Source of the DNA: Deltaproteobacteria bacterium
GTDB taxonomy: Bacteria; Myxococcota; Kuafuiibacteriia; Kuafuiibacteriales; Kuafuiibacteriaceae
Direction of reading: 5' to 3'
Assembly (NCBI GenBank): GCA_040218735.1
Contig: JAVJQW010000038.1
Location: forward strand, 128,001 to 192,000
Length of the DNA: 64,000 nucleotides
In this document: one piece after another, positions 38,701-48,262 of the stretch
Layout: each line of letters starts with the position of its first letter
Position numbering within the stretch: position 1 is the first letter of the stretch
Made by a program: the position numbers and the translations under genes
The notes under the pieces: model-generated
Database searches by the model: none
What the model was told of the DNA's origin: nothing
What the model saw: the letters and a program-made list of their open reading frames with translations, nothing else

Positions 38701-38859
38701 GCGTTCGACACCCCCCGCAACTACGCCGTGCTCGGTCAGTTGGCGATCGCGCCGCGCTTCGACTACAGCGAGTTCATCTACAACCAGTTCTCGCCGTTCT
38801 TCTGGCAGAGCTGGGTGGTCTTCCAGTCGCAAGTGTTCGTGAAGGAAGAAACGGACTGA
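35737..38859 (+). CDS. IPT/TIG repeat lipoprotein
   Basis: LLSAAC lipobox; about six P..GP..GGT.VTI.G..F units; C-terminal beta-rich region. Confidence 0.9.
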   Translation: MNRSAALFSIILLSAACGSGEDLGDETVPRDGGPDRPPVVRPDAGPDVPDVPLPTVTNVSPATGPETGGTRVTIRGTSFAEPAEVYFGELAASSVVVLDEVSIAATTPPNPVGAVNVRVVTPGGEATLDNGFTYHRELVLDSVEPRRIPDEGGVRVIVRGRGFDAQTIVLFDRQPLRGQILVDERRIEGYAPALEPGRPEVRVIHVDASVRRSDVVYVYGTPDIDAVAPGYGPATGRAAQEIAGDGLSDADEVRIGPEVAGGLELADDTRLAVTSPALAVGVHDVTVANQDTFGTLVGGYIAYDPNETQTSVLGVTPPRASTAGGTVIALVGYGFAQDAQVAIAGQRLPITALSANAVSFVLPAGLPAGPTDIAFFTQGRSINVNNQLTLFDPVVVDSVDPATGPVSGGTAVTIRGSGFIAGANVRIADVPLADVVIVSDTEITGTTVAGAHGAQDVVVRTADSTGVLEDGFFFEEAFELIAIEPREGSMAGNTYVSIIGRGFSEPVSVEFDGVEGIDPVLENGSVIGVRTAPASPGLVDVEITTGVEQVLRERAFRFYDPRLITGGAWGGPIEGSVNVAVMTRQRQPLAGMVVQLGYEADIRYAAITDENGLATISWPDVRGAQTVTAGGPQVEFVTFMDLNAKNLTMFAEPYPMSMPPDAPLQPCGVPAPPPTVTGRIFRFKSALDEQTRPGWQPLARITYTQQNVFTPNPPEGMMPPFQEAEVTMEGGAYEIAVMRAGTVAVYATFGEYNRATGQFIPKRMGIVRNVPVAPETETSDINISLDIDLDQTTAVRLDAPPDQLPGPTINAVFPFLNLQSDGVIPFPAVAVFGEGPVIVNNMPRVAESSFYYMGGSFTWDGQGGLRNPYSLSFTESGEPLENGVDMGPFLQMPQNISPKPGELTVDGKISWDTIGVTPDITTLNVVDVVGVSGCCCDDEPPRGNRNGQCDAGEPENCGGIPQQFNRWSIFGQGGLQSYAMPRMPLSLTAFDTPRNYAVLGQLAIAPRFDYSEFIYNQFSPFFWQSWVVFQSQVFVKEETD

Positions 38860-38875
38860 CCCGAGGAGCGCGGTC

Positions 38876-40192
38876 TTGAAAACCCATCGTTCGAATCCAT
38901 GGCGCGCGCAGCTCGCCGTGAGCCTGTTCCTGTTCGCGTCCTGCGTGGTCGTCGCCTGTTCGTCCGGCGACGACGGCGAGCCGACGAACGTGTGTACCTC
39001 GGACGCCGAGTGCACCGCGCCGGGCACGCGCTGTGACGTCGCCCGTTCGGTCTGCATCTGCGTGACCGACGAAGCGTGCGACGAAGACGAGTTCTGCAAC
39101 AACGCCGGGGTCTGCCAGGTCGAAGCGGGCTGCACGTCGAGCACCGAATGCACCGAGCCCAACACGTACTGCGACATCTCGTCGGGGCAGTGCCTGCAGG
39201 GGCAGGGCATCCAACCGCAGGAGGCCTGCCGGCTCGCGTCGCACTGTCCCTTCGGCTACGTGTGCGACGTACCCGAGGCCACCACGGCGCTGATGACGCC
39301 GGTGGGGACCTGCGTCGAGGGCTGCTTCGACGACGGCGACTGCTCGCTCGGCGAGGTCTGCTTCGAGGGGCAGTGCGCGACGGGCCTGTGCAGCGCGGAC
39401 GCCTTCTGCGACTACGGCCAGCGCTGCCGCAACGCGAGCTGCGTCGACGACAACCGCGGGCCGTACTGCCGTTCCTGCTCGGTGCGGACGGCGATGAACC
39501 CGAACCCCTGCGACGACTACCGAAACTTCTGCCTGATCAACAACCGCGAGCTCGGTGGCTTCACCAACTTCTGCGGGGTCGACTGCTCGCTCGGCCAAGA
39601 GTGCCCGAACGGCTTCCAGTGCGGAGGCGTCGTGATCCTCACGCAGCAGCAGTGTCAGTCCGAGGCCGACTGCCGGTGCCGCCGCGAGAACATCCGCTTC
39701 GCGACGCAGACCTGCACGGTCGCTGCGACGTGTGACCCGCGTCTGCCGGACGGACGCCCCGACCCCGACGCGACGCGCTGTCTCGTCGCGGGCGCCGCGG
39801 ACTGCAACGGCGGCGTGCCCGGCGGCGACGGCATTTGCATCGTCCCGAAGGGTCAGCGCGGCGGCAACTGCACGTGCGTGACGAACGACGACTGCGGTGA
39901 AGACGGCGTGTGCGTCGGCGGCCTGTGCTGCGGCGGCAACGTCGAGCCGGAGGGCCCGGTGTGCGCCGGCGGCGAGGGCACGATCGCGGGCTTCTGCACC
40001 TGCGGCACCGACGACGACTGTCCGCGCGACAACTGCGACGGCAGCACGAACCGCTGCGCGATCACCGGTCTGCCGTGCACGCCGGGCAACGACGACTGCG
40101 GTCCGATCCCCTGCGTGAACGGTGGCTGCCTCATCGGCCGCAACTGCGCGCCGCTGCAGGGGCTCACGTGCTCGGAGGTGCTCGACCGGTGA
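38876..40192 (+). CDS. cysteine-rich repeat lipoprotein
   Basis: VVVAC lipobox and dense C..D.DC....C....C repeats. Confidence 0.85.
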   Translation: MKTHRSNPWRAQLAVSLFLFASCVVVACSSGDDGEPTNVCTSDAECTAPGTRCDVARSVCICVTDEACDEDEFCNNAGVCQVEAGCTSSTECTEPNTYCDISSGQCLQGQGIQPQEACRLASHCPFGYVCDVPEATTALMTPVGTCVEGCFDDGDCSLGEVCFEGQCATGLCSADAFCDYGQRCRNASCVDDNRGPYCRSCSVRTAMNPNPCDDYRNFCLINNRELGGFTNFCGVDCSLGQECPNGFQCGGVVILTQQQCQSEADCRCRRENIRFATQTCTVAATCDPRLPDGRPDPDATRCLVAGAADCNGGVPGGDGICIVPKGQRGGNCTCVTNDDCGEDGVCVGGLCCGGNVEPEGPVCAGGEGTIAGFCTCGTDDDCPRDNCDGSTNRCAITGLPCTPGNDDCGPIPCVNGGCLIGRNCAPLQGLTCSEVLDR

Positions 40193-40689
40193 GCGAGGAC
40201 CGCGACGCGCACCTGACGCGCCTCGCCGAGATCCAACGTGCGCGGAAGGTTCGCACCGTGGGCGGCGCGCTCACGTCCATCGCCGTCGGGCAGCTGTTGT
40301 TCGCGGCCTTCGCGTTTGGCCACTCGCGCGGCCCGGTGCCGCTCCAACCCCTCGAGCTCCTGATCGGGATGGGCCTCGCGCTGGTCTTCGGCGCGGTGCT
40401 CGCGGTGGTGACCACGCGCCGCCGCCTGGAGACCACGTCGAAGTTCGTGCTGCGTCTGACCGAGGGCCGCCACCGCCGCCGCGTCGCGGTGTTCTCGGAC
40501 TTCTTCACGATCGACCAGGAGGTCGTCCTGGGCGGGACGGTCGAAACGCTCGACGTAGAAGACGACAAACTCGTCCTCCGCTACATCGATCCGCGCTTCG
40601 ACGGCCCGGTGCTGCGCGAGCTCGAAGGGACGCCGAATGTGTTGGGGCGCCTCGTCGACGCGATGAAACCGAAGCCCGCCGCGACCTGA
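40189..40689 (+). CDS. hypothetical membrane protein (2 TM)
   Basis: GTG start overlaps the previous stop (GTGA); two hydrophobic helices. Confidence 0.7.
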   Translation: MSEDRDAHLTRLAEIQRARKVRTVGGALTSIAVGQLLFAAFAFGHSRGPVPLQPLELLIGMGLALVFGAVLAVVTTRRRLETTSKFVLRLTEGRHRRRVAVFSDFFTIDQEVVLGGTVETLDVEDDKLVLRYIDPRFDGPVLRELEGTPNVLGRLVDAMKPKPAAT

Positions 40690-40695
40690 GCCGAT

Positions 40696-41475
40696 TCAGT
40701 CGACGACAACGACGGGCACGACGAAGAACCAGACGTCCTCCTGCCCGACCGCGGCTTCGAAGCTCTTCTCCTTCGTGTCGTAGCTCGACGTCGCCGTTCC
40801 GGTCGCCAAGGCCGCGATGCGTTCGTCCGACGGCCGGGCGTCCTCACGCGCCACGTACACGACGAGTGTCCATTCGCCCGCGGGCGGGAGCACCACGTCG
40901 GCTTCGCCTCGGTAGCGGAACGAGCCCCCCTCTGCGCCTTGAAGTGCGAACGAACGCCGTGTGTCTCCCGCACCGACCCAGAAGCCCTCGGCGCGAATCG
41001 GCCCGCTGAAACGCGTGGCCGGGCGGACGATGAGATCCAGCGGGTCGCTGTTGCGCAGGAGGACGGCGCGCTCCGTCGACGCCACATCGGCGCTACGGTG
41101 GGTCTGTTGGATCGGCCGGAGCGTCACGTTGTACTCGGGCAGCGCCCCGTGCTCGACGGTCATCGGCGCGGGCAGCGTGACCCACAGGGCCAGGGCTGCG
41201 GCGACCGCCGCGAGGGCGCCCCCGGCGATCCGCCAGCTCGATGCACGCGAGCGGCTCGGCGCCGAAGCCGCGACGGAGGGCCACACGCGCTGCGCCGACG
41301 CCGAGGCTGCGTAGGTCTCCCCAACGGCGGCCTCGGCCTCGGCCCAGCGATCGTAGAGCCCGCGGCAGTCGGCGCAGGTGCGGAGGTGCGCACGCAGCGC
41401 TGCCTGCTGCGCCGCGTCGACCTCGCCGCCCACGAACAGGTCGCGGACGAGCGCCTGGGCCTCGTCATGGTTCAC
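40696..41475 (-). CDS. anti-sigma factor, zf-HC2 type
   Basis: LRAHLRTCADCR (HxxxCxxC), a TM helix and a C-terminal extracytoplasmic domain; overlaps the sigma gene end. Confidence 0.85.
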   Translation of the reverse strand: MNHDEAQALVRDLFVGGEVDAAQQAALRAHLRTCADCRGLYDRWAEAEAAVGETYAASASAQRVWPSVAASAPSRSRASSWRIAGGALAAVAAALALWVTLPAPMTVEHGALPEYNVTLRPIQQTHRSADVASTERAVLLRNSDPLDLIVRPATRFSGPIRAEGFWVGAGDTRRSFALQGAEGGSFRYRGEADVVLPPAGEWTLVVYVAREDARPSDERIAALATGTATSSYDTKEKSFEAAVGQEDVWFFVVPVVVVD

Positions 41476-42037
41476 TGAGCCACCCCTGATCCTCGAAGAA
41501 CTCCGCGAGGCGTCGCTTGAGGCGCCGCAGGGCGCGCTGGACGTGGTCCCGAGACATGCCGATTCGTTCGCCGATCTTGGCCTGGCTCAGATCCTCCTGG
41601 AACCGTAGAGCGCAGATGCGTTTGTCCTCCTCGGAGAGACTTTCGAGAAACGCCCGAACTTGTGCGGCTCTTTCTTCGGTCACGAGCTTTTCCTCGGCGG
41701 ACTGGACGGGGAGCGCCGCCTCCGCCCACCGAATCTCGACGTCTTCATCCGGGATCTCCCGCGACTGACGGCCCGTGTATTGGAGCGTGGTGAAGAAGGC
41801 GATCCGCATCAGGTAGGGCTCCGCGGGGCGCGTCGGATCGTAGTTGCCCTTGTCCCACTGCTCCGTGAATCGACCGAACGTCTCCTGCAGGATCTCTTCG
41901 CGGTCGAACGCGCTGACCACGCGCACGAAGCGGTTTTCGCCGCTCTTGTTGTAGTACGAGAAGCCGCTCCGGAGTCGTTGGAGGATCCGAGGGGCCGTCA
42001 CCTCGTAGATCCGCTCTAGCTCCCCTCGATGGACCAT
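41465..42037 (-). CDS. ECF-type RNA polymerase sigma factor
   Basis: Region 2 EEILQETF..F...YDPTRPAEPYLMRIA; region 4 LSEEDKRICALRFQEDLSQAKIGERIGMSRDHVQRALRRLK. Confidence 0.88.
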   Translation of the reverse strand: MVHRGELERIYEVTAPRILQRLRSGFSYYNKSGENRFVRVVSAFDREEILQETFGRFTEQWDKGNYDPTRPAEPYLMRIAFFTTLQYTGRQSREIPDEDVEIRWAEAALPVQSAEEKLVTEERAAQVRAFLESLSEEDKRICALRFQEDLSQAKIGERIGMSRDHVQRALRRLKRRLAEFFEDQGWLSEP

Positions 42038-42129
42038 CGTCTGCGGCCGCGTCGCGGCGCGACGACAGCATAGCGAAAAAAGATCGATCGCAGGCGCACA
42101 GGTCGCGGCCCTCGCCCAAACATACAAAC

Positions 42130-43170
42130 GTGACGACGCTGGACCACGCCTGCTCACCCTCGAACCGTCCGCCGCTGGAGCTCGTGCCCTCCCTGCACGC
42201 GGTCGTTCGTCCCCGGCCCATCGTTCAGGTCCCCGCTATGGCTTCGCTGTACGCTCGGGTCGATCGGCTCGCGCGCTGGCCCAAGCCGGTGTTGATCCGA
42301 GGGGAGACCGGCGTGGGCAAGGAGCTCGTCGCCCACGCGTTGCACGAGCGTGGGCCACGCCAAGCGGCGCCCTTCGAGGCGGTCAACTGCGGCGCGCTTC
42401 CGCCCAACCTCGTCGAGGCGACGCTCTTCGGCCACACGCGGGGCAGCTTCAGCGGCGCCGTCGAGGACCACCCCGGTCTGATCGTGGCGGCCGGCGTGGG
42501 CACGCTGTTCCTCGACGAAGTCGGCGACCTCCCGATGCCGGCGCAAGCTGCCTTGCTCAGAGTCTTGTCCGAGGGGATGGTCAGGGCGGTTGGCGCGACC
42601 TACGAGGTCGCCGTTCGTGCGCGCGTCGTCGCCGCGACGAACCGCGACCTCGACGCGATGTGCCGCGCCGGTACCTTTCGCGAAGACCTGTACTTCCGGC
42701 TCGCGGGGATCACGCTGGAGGTCCCGCCGTTGCGGGAGCGCGTCGCGGAGATTCGTGCGCTCGTCGAGCAGACGATCGAGGTCACCAACGCGACGGTCCC
42801 GACGTGTGTTCGCGGCGTCTCTCCCGGCGCCCTTCACCTCCTCGAGCGCTACCGCTGGCCGGGGAACGTGCGTGAGCTCAAAGGCGTCGTGGAGCGGGCG
42901 ATGGTCTTCTGCGATACGCCGCAGCTCGAGCCCCGCAATCTTCCGCCGGCCATCGTCGACGGTTCGAAGCAGCACCGCACGGGCGAGGCCGTGACCGGAG
43001 ACGATCTCAAGAGCCGCGTCCGCCGCTTCGAGGCCGAGGTCATCGTCGGCAAGCTGAACGAAGGACTCACGCAGGCCGAGGCCGCGCGCCAGCTCGGCGT
43101 TCCGCTTCGGACGCTCGTGGACAAGATGAAGCGCCTCGGGATCCGCGCGCGTCCGGACTTTCAGGTGTAG
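42130..43170 (+). CDS. sigma-54 interaction (AAA+) domain protein with HTH and no sensory domain
   Basis: VLIRGETGVGKE, VNCGAL, LFGHTRGSFSGA, GTLFLDEVGD, AATNRDL, FREDLYFRL, WPGNVREL and a C-terminal HTH. Confidence 0.93.
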   Translation: MTTLDHACSPSNRPPLELVPSLHAVVRPRPIVQVPAMASLYARVDRLARWPKPVLIRGETGVGKELVAHALHERGPRQAAPFEAVNCGALPPNLVEATLFGHTRGSFSGAVEDHPGLIVAAGVGTLFLDEVGDLPMPAQAALLRVLSEGMVRAVGATYEVAVRARVVAATNRDLDAMCRAGTFREDLYFRLAGITLEVPPLRERVAEIRALVEQTIEVTNATVPTCVRGVSPGALHLLERYRWPGNVRELKGVVERAMVFCDTPQLEPRNLPPAIVDGSKQHRTGEAVTGDDLKSRVRRFEAEVIVGKLNEGLTQAEAARQLGVPLRTLVDKMKRLGIRARPDFQV

Positions 43171-43182
43171 CTCCGCCGAGCT

Positions 43183-45930
43183 CTACCGAACGAAGACCCG
43201 CAGGCTCTGCCACTCGGGAGTCGGGTCCGCTCCGTGAACCGAACGTTGGTACATCCGCGCCAGGTCGTCGGGCGACGTCCCTCGGTAGAGCTTCGACACC
43301 AACGCCTTCGCGTGATCGTCGGCGATCGCGCGGCTCGCGCCCACGACGACCTCGGCGCCGGACAGGAGGAACGCGTGCGCGAGGGCCAAGCTCTGACCGG
43401 CGTCGTGGCTCGAGTCTGCGGTTTCGCACCCGGCCAAGAACACGTGCGGAGGGACGCGCGCGAACGCGAGGATGTCCGTCATCGTCAGCGCGGTCCCCTT
43501 CGCCAGCCCCAGCTCGCTCTCGAACCCATCTTGCGCGGACAGACGCGCGTGCCCGGCGAAGTGCGCGAGTTGTAAGCCCGGTCGTTCGAGGTGGGATCGT
43601 ACGGTCGGAAGATCGGCATCGCCGCCCAGGAGCAGCTCGGTGTCCCAGCGGGCATCGACGAGCAGTCGATGGACCGCCTTCGCCTCCTCACGCGCACGCG
43701 GGAGGTTCGCGGCGGGGTCGCCGACGATCAGCGCGCGCCGGCGGGCCTCGACGCGGCGAGGCGGTCGGGGGGCGAGGTCCGCCCCGTAGACGACCTCGCG
43801 CTGGGCGACGAGCGCCGAACCATCGAACGGGAGCGCGTGGAAGTCGACCGAGAGCAACGCGCCGTACGGCAGAATGGTCACGCGGCGTGCACGTCGAATC
43901 GCGCGGGCGAACGGGGAGAGGAGCCGTCGTGCGAGCGCGCGCTCGTCGAGCGCGCTGAGGTCGGCCGATTCGATGCGGCGCATGACGGTGCGTGATGTGT
44001 CGATCGAGAACCCGACCCAGCCCGTCGACGTCGGGTGGAACAGGAGCAACACCTCGTCGTCGTCTGGGGGGCGCAGTCGTGCGTCTCGATCTCGGGCGTC
44101 CCGTGCGAGCGCCGCAAGCGCTTGTTCGAACGCATTGGAGACCGCGCGCACGTTCGCGGCGCGCTTGGCTTTGACGGCGTCGAGCTCCTTCCCCGAGAGC
44201 GTCCAGGCGTGCTCGAGACCGGTCGCCCCGGCGTCGCGCGCGGCGCGGTACTTCGCGAGCGCTTCGTACCACCGCGTTCGTGACATCGGGTCGAGCTGCG
44301 CGACGCGGCTCGCCCAGTCGAGGATCTGAAGCGCTCGCCGCCGGCTCCGTCGAGCGGCCCGAGCGGTCTCCTCGGGCGCGCCGTGCTCGGCCTGCAGGCC
44401 GACCAGCATCCGCGCGCTCTTGGAGAGGAGACGGATGGACGCGTCACGGCCCTCGCCGAAGGGGATGACGAGGAGCTTCTCGTCGACGAGGCGCTCCGCT
44501 TCTTCGAGGTGTCGAATCGCACGGTCGCGCGCGCCCTGCGCGATCGCGACCTCGGCCAGACCAACGGAGGCAAACCAACGAAACAACGCGATGTCCCCGA
44601 GCTCCGCGAGGCTCGCCATCGTTTGATAGGACCGGGTGGCTTCGGCCCACGCGTGGACGCGCGTTTGGATGCGCGCCTTCAGGTGGATTCGGTCGAGTGC
44701 TTCGCGCGGGCTCGGGTCCGAGGTGAGGCGTTCGGCCTCGTCCAACGCCGTTTGTGCCGACACGTCGTCCCCCGCGTTGATGTAGCCCCGCCCGAGCGCG
44801 ACGAGTGCGTTGGCGCGCGTCGCAGCGCGCGGACAATCGGCCGCGTACATCGCGACGGCTTGCCGTAGACGGTCGAGCACCTCCGGGGGCGTTGTGGCAC
44901 CGAGGGCCTCGGCCTCGAGGACGCCGTGGAACGCGCCGTTGTAGAACGTGGCGGCCCGAACGCACGGTTCGCCGCCGGCGTACTGCAGGGCGAGCGCGTC
45001 GTGTCGTCTTGCGTCTGCGAAGCGGCCCATGCGCAACAAGAGCCCCGCGCGGAGAGAGTGACTTGCGACCAACAGCCAATCGATGCCGAGACGCTCGGCG
45101 AGTCGGATGGTGTCGAGCTGCCTCGAGAGCGCAGTGCGGAAGTCGCCGTAGTCGAAGGCGATATTGGAGAGGTAGTACGAGCGAAGTGGTGCGGCGTCGT
45201 GAAAGTCGGCGGCGATCGCGCCGAGGGGCTCGAGCATCGCCGTTGCTTCAGCGAACCGCGCCTCACGGGTGAGGAAGTGCGCGGCGGCGGCGCGATCGTC
45301 CGTGACCGTCTGGAGCAATCCGGCCTGAGTCGCGAGCTCGATCGATGCGCGCAGGTCGTCGATCCCGGCGTCGACCTCGCCCCGCCAGTAGCGGATGCGT
45401 CCGCGGAGACCGAGCGCGTGCGCGCGGACGCTCGCCTCGGGTGCGTCGAGCAGCGATGTGATGACGTCGAGCGCCTGGTCCAGATCCTGTCCGCTGCGGA
45501 GCTCACGCGCTCGTTTGATCTCGGGATGGAGGGTCGAGGGGGTGACTCGGAGCTCGGCGACCACCCGACCGTTCGCTCGAGTCACCAGGGTCGCGCCCGA
45601 TGCGCCCCCCGGGTTTGGGGGTCGTGTGCGGAGCTGCCATCCGTCTTGGACGCGCCGGATCGAGCGTTCGAGCGGTCGATCGTCGAGGGACACGGCGACG
45701 GTCGCGGACGCCGGCTGCGCGACCCACAGGACGAGCTCGCCGCCGGGCTCGATCTCGCACTGACCCCCGCTGCGCACCTCGCTGCAGCCGGACACGAGCA
45801 CCTCGCCGGGCGGCGCGGGCCTCGACGCGGTGAGCGCGCGCGGTGCGGGATCGTCCGCGCCACGGATCGCGGCGTAGGCGGCGATCGCTGCGATGACGAC
45901 GAGCGCAGCGATTCCCTTTCGAGGCAGCAC
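43183..45930 (-). CDS. TPR-CHAT (caspase-like) domain protein with N-terminal membrane anchor
   Basis: TPR-like helical region; LPYGALLSVDFHAL, LPRAREEA, catalytic HFAGHA and LAGCETA, LAHAFLLSGAEVVVGA. Confidence 0.88.
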   Translation of the reverse strand: MLPRKGIAALVVIAAIAAYAAIRGADDPAPRALTASRPAPPGEVLVSGCSEVRSGGQCEIEPGGELVLWVAQPASATVAVSLDDRPLERSIRRVQDGWQLRTRPPNPGGASGATLVTRANGRVVAELRVTPSTLHPEIKRARELRSGQDLDQALDVITSLLDAPEASVRAHALGLRGRIRYWRGEVDAGIDDLRASIELATQAGLLQTVTDDRAAAAHFLTREARFAEATAMLEPLGAIAADFHDAAPLRSYYLSNIAFDYGDFRTALSRQLDTIRLAERLGIDWLLVASHSLRAGLLLRMGRFADARRHDALALQYAGGEPCVRAATFYNGAFHGVLEAEALGATTPPEVLDRLRQAVAMYAADCPRAATRANALVALGRGYINAGDDVSAQTALDEAERLTSDPSPREALDRIHLKARIQTRVHAWAEATRSYQTMASLAELGDIALFRWFASVGLAEVAIAQGARDRAIRHLEEAERLVDEKLLVIPFGEGRDASIRLLSKSARMLVGLQAEHGAPEETARAARRSRRRALQILDWASRVAQLDPMSRTRWYEALAKYRAARDAGATGLEHAWTLSGKELDAVKAKRAANVRAVSNAFEQALAALARDARDRDARLRPPDDDEVLLLFHPTSTGWVGFSIDTSRTVMRRIESADLSALDERALARRLLSPFARAIRRARRVTILPYGALLSVDFHALPFDGSALVAQREVVYGADLAPRPPRRVEARRRALIVGDPAANLPRAREEAKAVHRLLVDARWDTELLLGGDADLPTVRSHLERPGLQLAHFAGHARLSAQDGFESELGLAKGTALTMTDILAFARVPPHVFLAGCETADSSHDAGQSLALAHAFLLSGAEVVVGASRAIADDHAKALVSKLYRGTSPDDLARMYQRSVHGADPTPEWQSLRVFVR

Positions 45931-46104
45931 GAGCGTTCGGGGCGGTGGGATCCGGCGTCAGGCGCCGCGTCGTCACCACCGCGCCGGAAACGTTGCACCT
46001 TCGCACGGAGCGATCAACGACCGCGCGCGGGGAGGTGGTCCCCGACGCGAGGCTGACCTTCCGGCCGGTGGATCCACTGGCGGACTACGGCTAGGGTCGG
46101 CGCG

Positions 46105-46770
46105 ATGAAACGTTGGATGGGGTGGGTTGGGATCGGTTTGGCCCTCGGATGTCAGAGCACGAATCAACAGGCGAACGACAAGGCGGCTTCGGCCCCGGCG
46201 GCGTCTCCCGCGACGCCCGCGGCGGCGCTTGCGAAGGGTGGGCAGACGTTCTGGATGTCGCCCGGAGGGCTGAAGATCTTCAAGGACGCGGGCGGCGGCG
46301 AAAACAAGCCGTGTAAGAACTGCGTCCTCGACTTCTCCGACGCGTCGAACCTGAACGTCGTCATCACGATGGACGCGGACGATGTGGACTACCCGTTCCT
46401 GCCGATGGCGTGCGCCGTGATCCAGACCTACGACAAGGACGGGGAGTTTCACGCCTACGTGGTGCTCGAGTCGCCGCCCGCCACCGGGTTCGAGAAGAAC
46501 GAGACGTACCCCTCCAAGGTGAAGTCCGAGGCGGCCGCGTTCGACGCGAAGAAGGTCAAGTCCGCGTCGATCCACTTCATCGGGACGAAGTTCGAGCCGG
46601 CCGACGGCGCAAACGCCGAGAGCCGCCCCGTGGCCCGGGACGACGAGGGAAAGATCGTCGAGCGCTTCGCCAACGGCTTCGACAAGTTCACCGATGCGGA
46701 CGGCAACGAAGTGGGGACGTCACCGAAGGAGCTGCACGAAACGGGTAAGAAGTGTAGCGACTTCTACTGA
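46105..46770 (+). CDS. hypothetical lipoprotein
   Basis: LALGC lipobox and a Pro/Ala linker. Confidence 0.75.
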   Translation: MKRWMGWVGIGLALGCQSTNQQANDKAASAPAASPATPAAALAKGGQTFWMSPGGLKIFKDAGGGENKPCKNCVLDFSDASNLNVVITMDADDVDYPFLPMACAVIQTYDKDGEFHAYVVLESPPATGFEKNETYPSKVKSEAAAFDAKKVKSASIHFIGTKFEPADGANAESRPVARDDEGKIVERFANGFDKFTDADGNEVGTSPKELHETGKKCSDFY

Positions 46771-48236
46771 CAGGACGTGCGCAGCGGGGCATCGAGGCAC
46801 GCATCGACGGGCGCGAGGACGGTGTCCGCGTCGGCACCCGCGACGTCTCGGATCGCTTCGTAGAGGTGACACCGCGTCAGGAAGCCGTGGCGATGCGTCT
46901 GCGCGAGTCGTTTCAATAGAACGTCGTGCCGTTGCGCTCCGAGGTCGTGTCGGAGCTTCTTCATCGCCAGCCCACCCATCGAGTACGCCGACTCCGGTGT
47001 GTGCCGTGAGAACGGCCCCACCGCGTCGAGTTTGTCGGGGATCGCGCAGCCGTAGCTCAACGCGGCCGGCGTCTCGGTCTCCAGCAGCGAGGCGAGGCCT
47101 TCGTCGATCCATCCGTCCGTCGCGGTCGGCGGACGGGCGCTCCGCCCCAGCCACTGGTGGGCGACCTCATGGCGCAGGCGGTCGTCGGAGGCCCCGAGCG
47201 GGAGCCACAGCGCCCCGGCGTACTCCATGCCGCGTGAGGTCCCGGCCTTCCTCGGGCCGACGTCCACGACGAGCCGGTCGAAGGGGAACGGCCCGAGGTG
47301 CTTCGAGAGGCCTCGGATCGCCGCCTCTACCTTCGCGTGTATGTCCGCTATCGATGGTCGATGCCTCGCGGCGCGGCGACGTGAGACGTGGATTTCGATC
47401 GCCGGAAGGTACGTCTCCGCCTCCGGACCGGAGGAGGCGGGGAACGTCTGGGCGTCGGCGTTCGCGGTGAGGTGCAGGTAGAACGACGCGGTGTTGAACC
47501 AGGACGGGAACTGGAGGCGCCACCGCCGTCGGTCGGGGTCGAACGTGGACGTCGTCGCGTTGCTGAACAGCGCATAACTTCGTTCGCTGTCGTCCTTCAG
47601 CGTGAGGTCGAGCTTCAGCGCGAACGTGTCGAACTCGAAGTTGGATGGGAAGTAGCGGTCGGCGAAGAACACGGTGTTTGCGCTGCACTTCTTCTTGCAC
47701 CGCGACGTATCACTCATGTGGAAGACCAACTCGATGCCGCGTTGGGCGAAGTCGTCGAACGACGGCGGCACCCGATACGCGAGGCGAAGCACGTACGGAC
47801 GAGACCGGGGCACGAGCTCCTTGTCGAGGTCGAGGAGTGCGACCTTCGGGTCGACCCGCTCCGGCTGCGTCGGCCGCACTCTGCGGAGCGTCGCCGGCTC
47901 GAGGCGTCGGCCATCGAGGGCGAGCGCCGTCGCCCGAGGGTAGAGCTCGAAGTAGGGGCGGCCGGGGCGCTCGACGACGAAGCGCACCTCCGCGGTGGCG
48001 TCGATGTGTCCGGAGCCCGCGTCGGCCACGTAGGTGACGTGGACGTCGAGGATGTTCACCGGCACGGCGCGCAACGTGCGACCGCCACGGTCATACGAAA
48101 AGGGCGGCGGCGCGTCGTCGAAGTCGCTCGAGGACGCTGCGTGAGACGCCGTGGAAGGCAGCGCGTTCGCGAGGAGCGCAGCCGCGAAGATCGACGCGAG
48201 CAGCGCCAAGAAGACGTGGAGGCGACCGCTACCCAC
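46764..48236 (-). CDS. secreted M1/gluzincin-type metallopeptidase
   Basis: Signal peptide; GMEYAGA, LRHEVAHQWLG and WIDEGLAS. Confidence 0.82.
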   Translation of the reverse strand: MGSGRLHVFLALLASIFAAALLANALPSTASHAASSSDFDDAPPPFSYDRGGRTLRAVPVNILDVHVTYVADAGSGHIDATAEVRFVVERPGRPYFELYPRATALALDGRRLEPATLRRVRPTQPERVDPKVALLDLDKELVPRSRPYVLRLAYRVPPSFDDFAQRGIELVFHMSDTSRCKKKCSANTVFFADRYFPSNFEFDTFALKLDLTLKDDSERSYALFSNATTSTFDPDRRRWRLQFPSWFNTASFYLHLTANADAQTFPASSGPEAETYLPAIEIHVSRRRAARHRPSIADIHAKVEAAIRGLSKHLGPFPFDRLVVDVGPRKAGTSRGMEYAGALWLPLGASDDRLRHEVAHQWLGRSARPPTATDGWIDEGLASLLETETPAALSYGCAIPDKLDAVGPFSRHTPESAYSMGGLAMKKLRHDLGAQRHDVLLKRLAQTHRHGFLTRCHLYEAIRDVAGADADTVLAPVDACLDAPLRTSCQ

Positions 48237-48262
48237 CCGCTTACGTCACTCGGGGGCGCGCG

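Noticed and set aside
43183-45930. Type III-E CRISPR Craspase (Csx29)
   Set aside because: No Cas7-11, Csx30/31 or array nearby, and the protein has an N-terminal membrane anchor.
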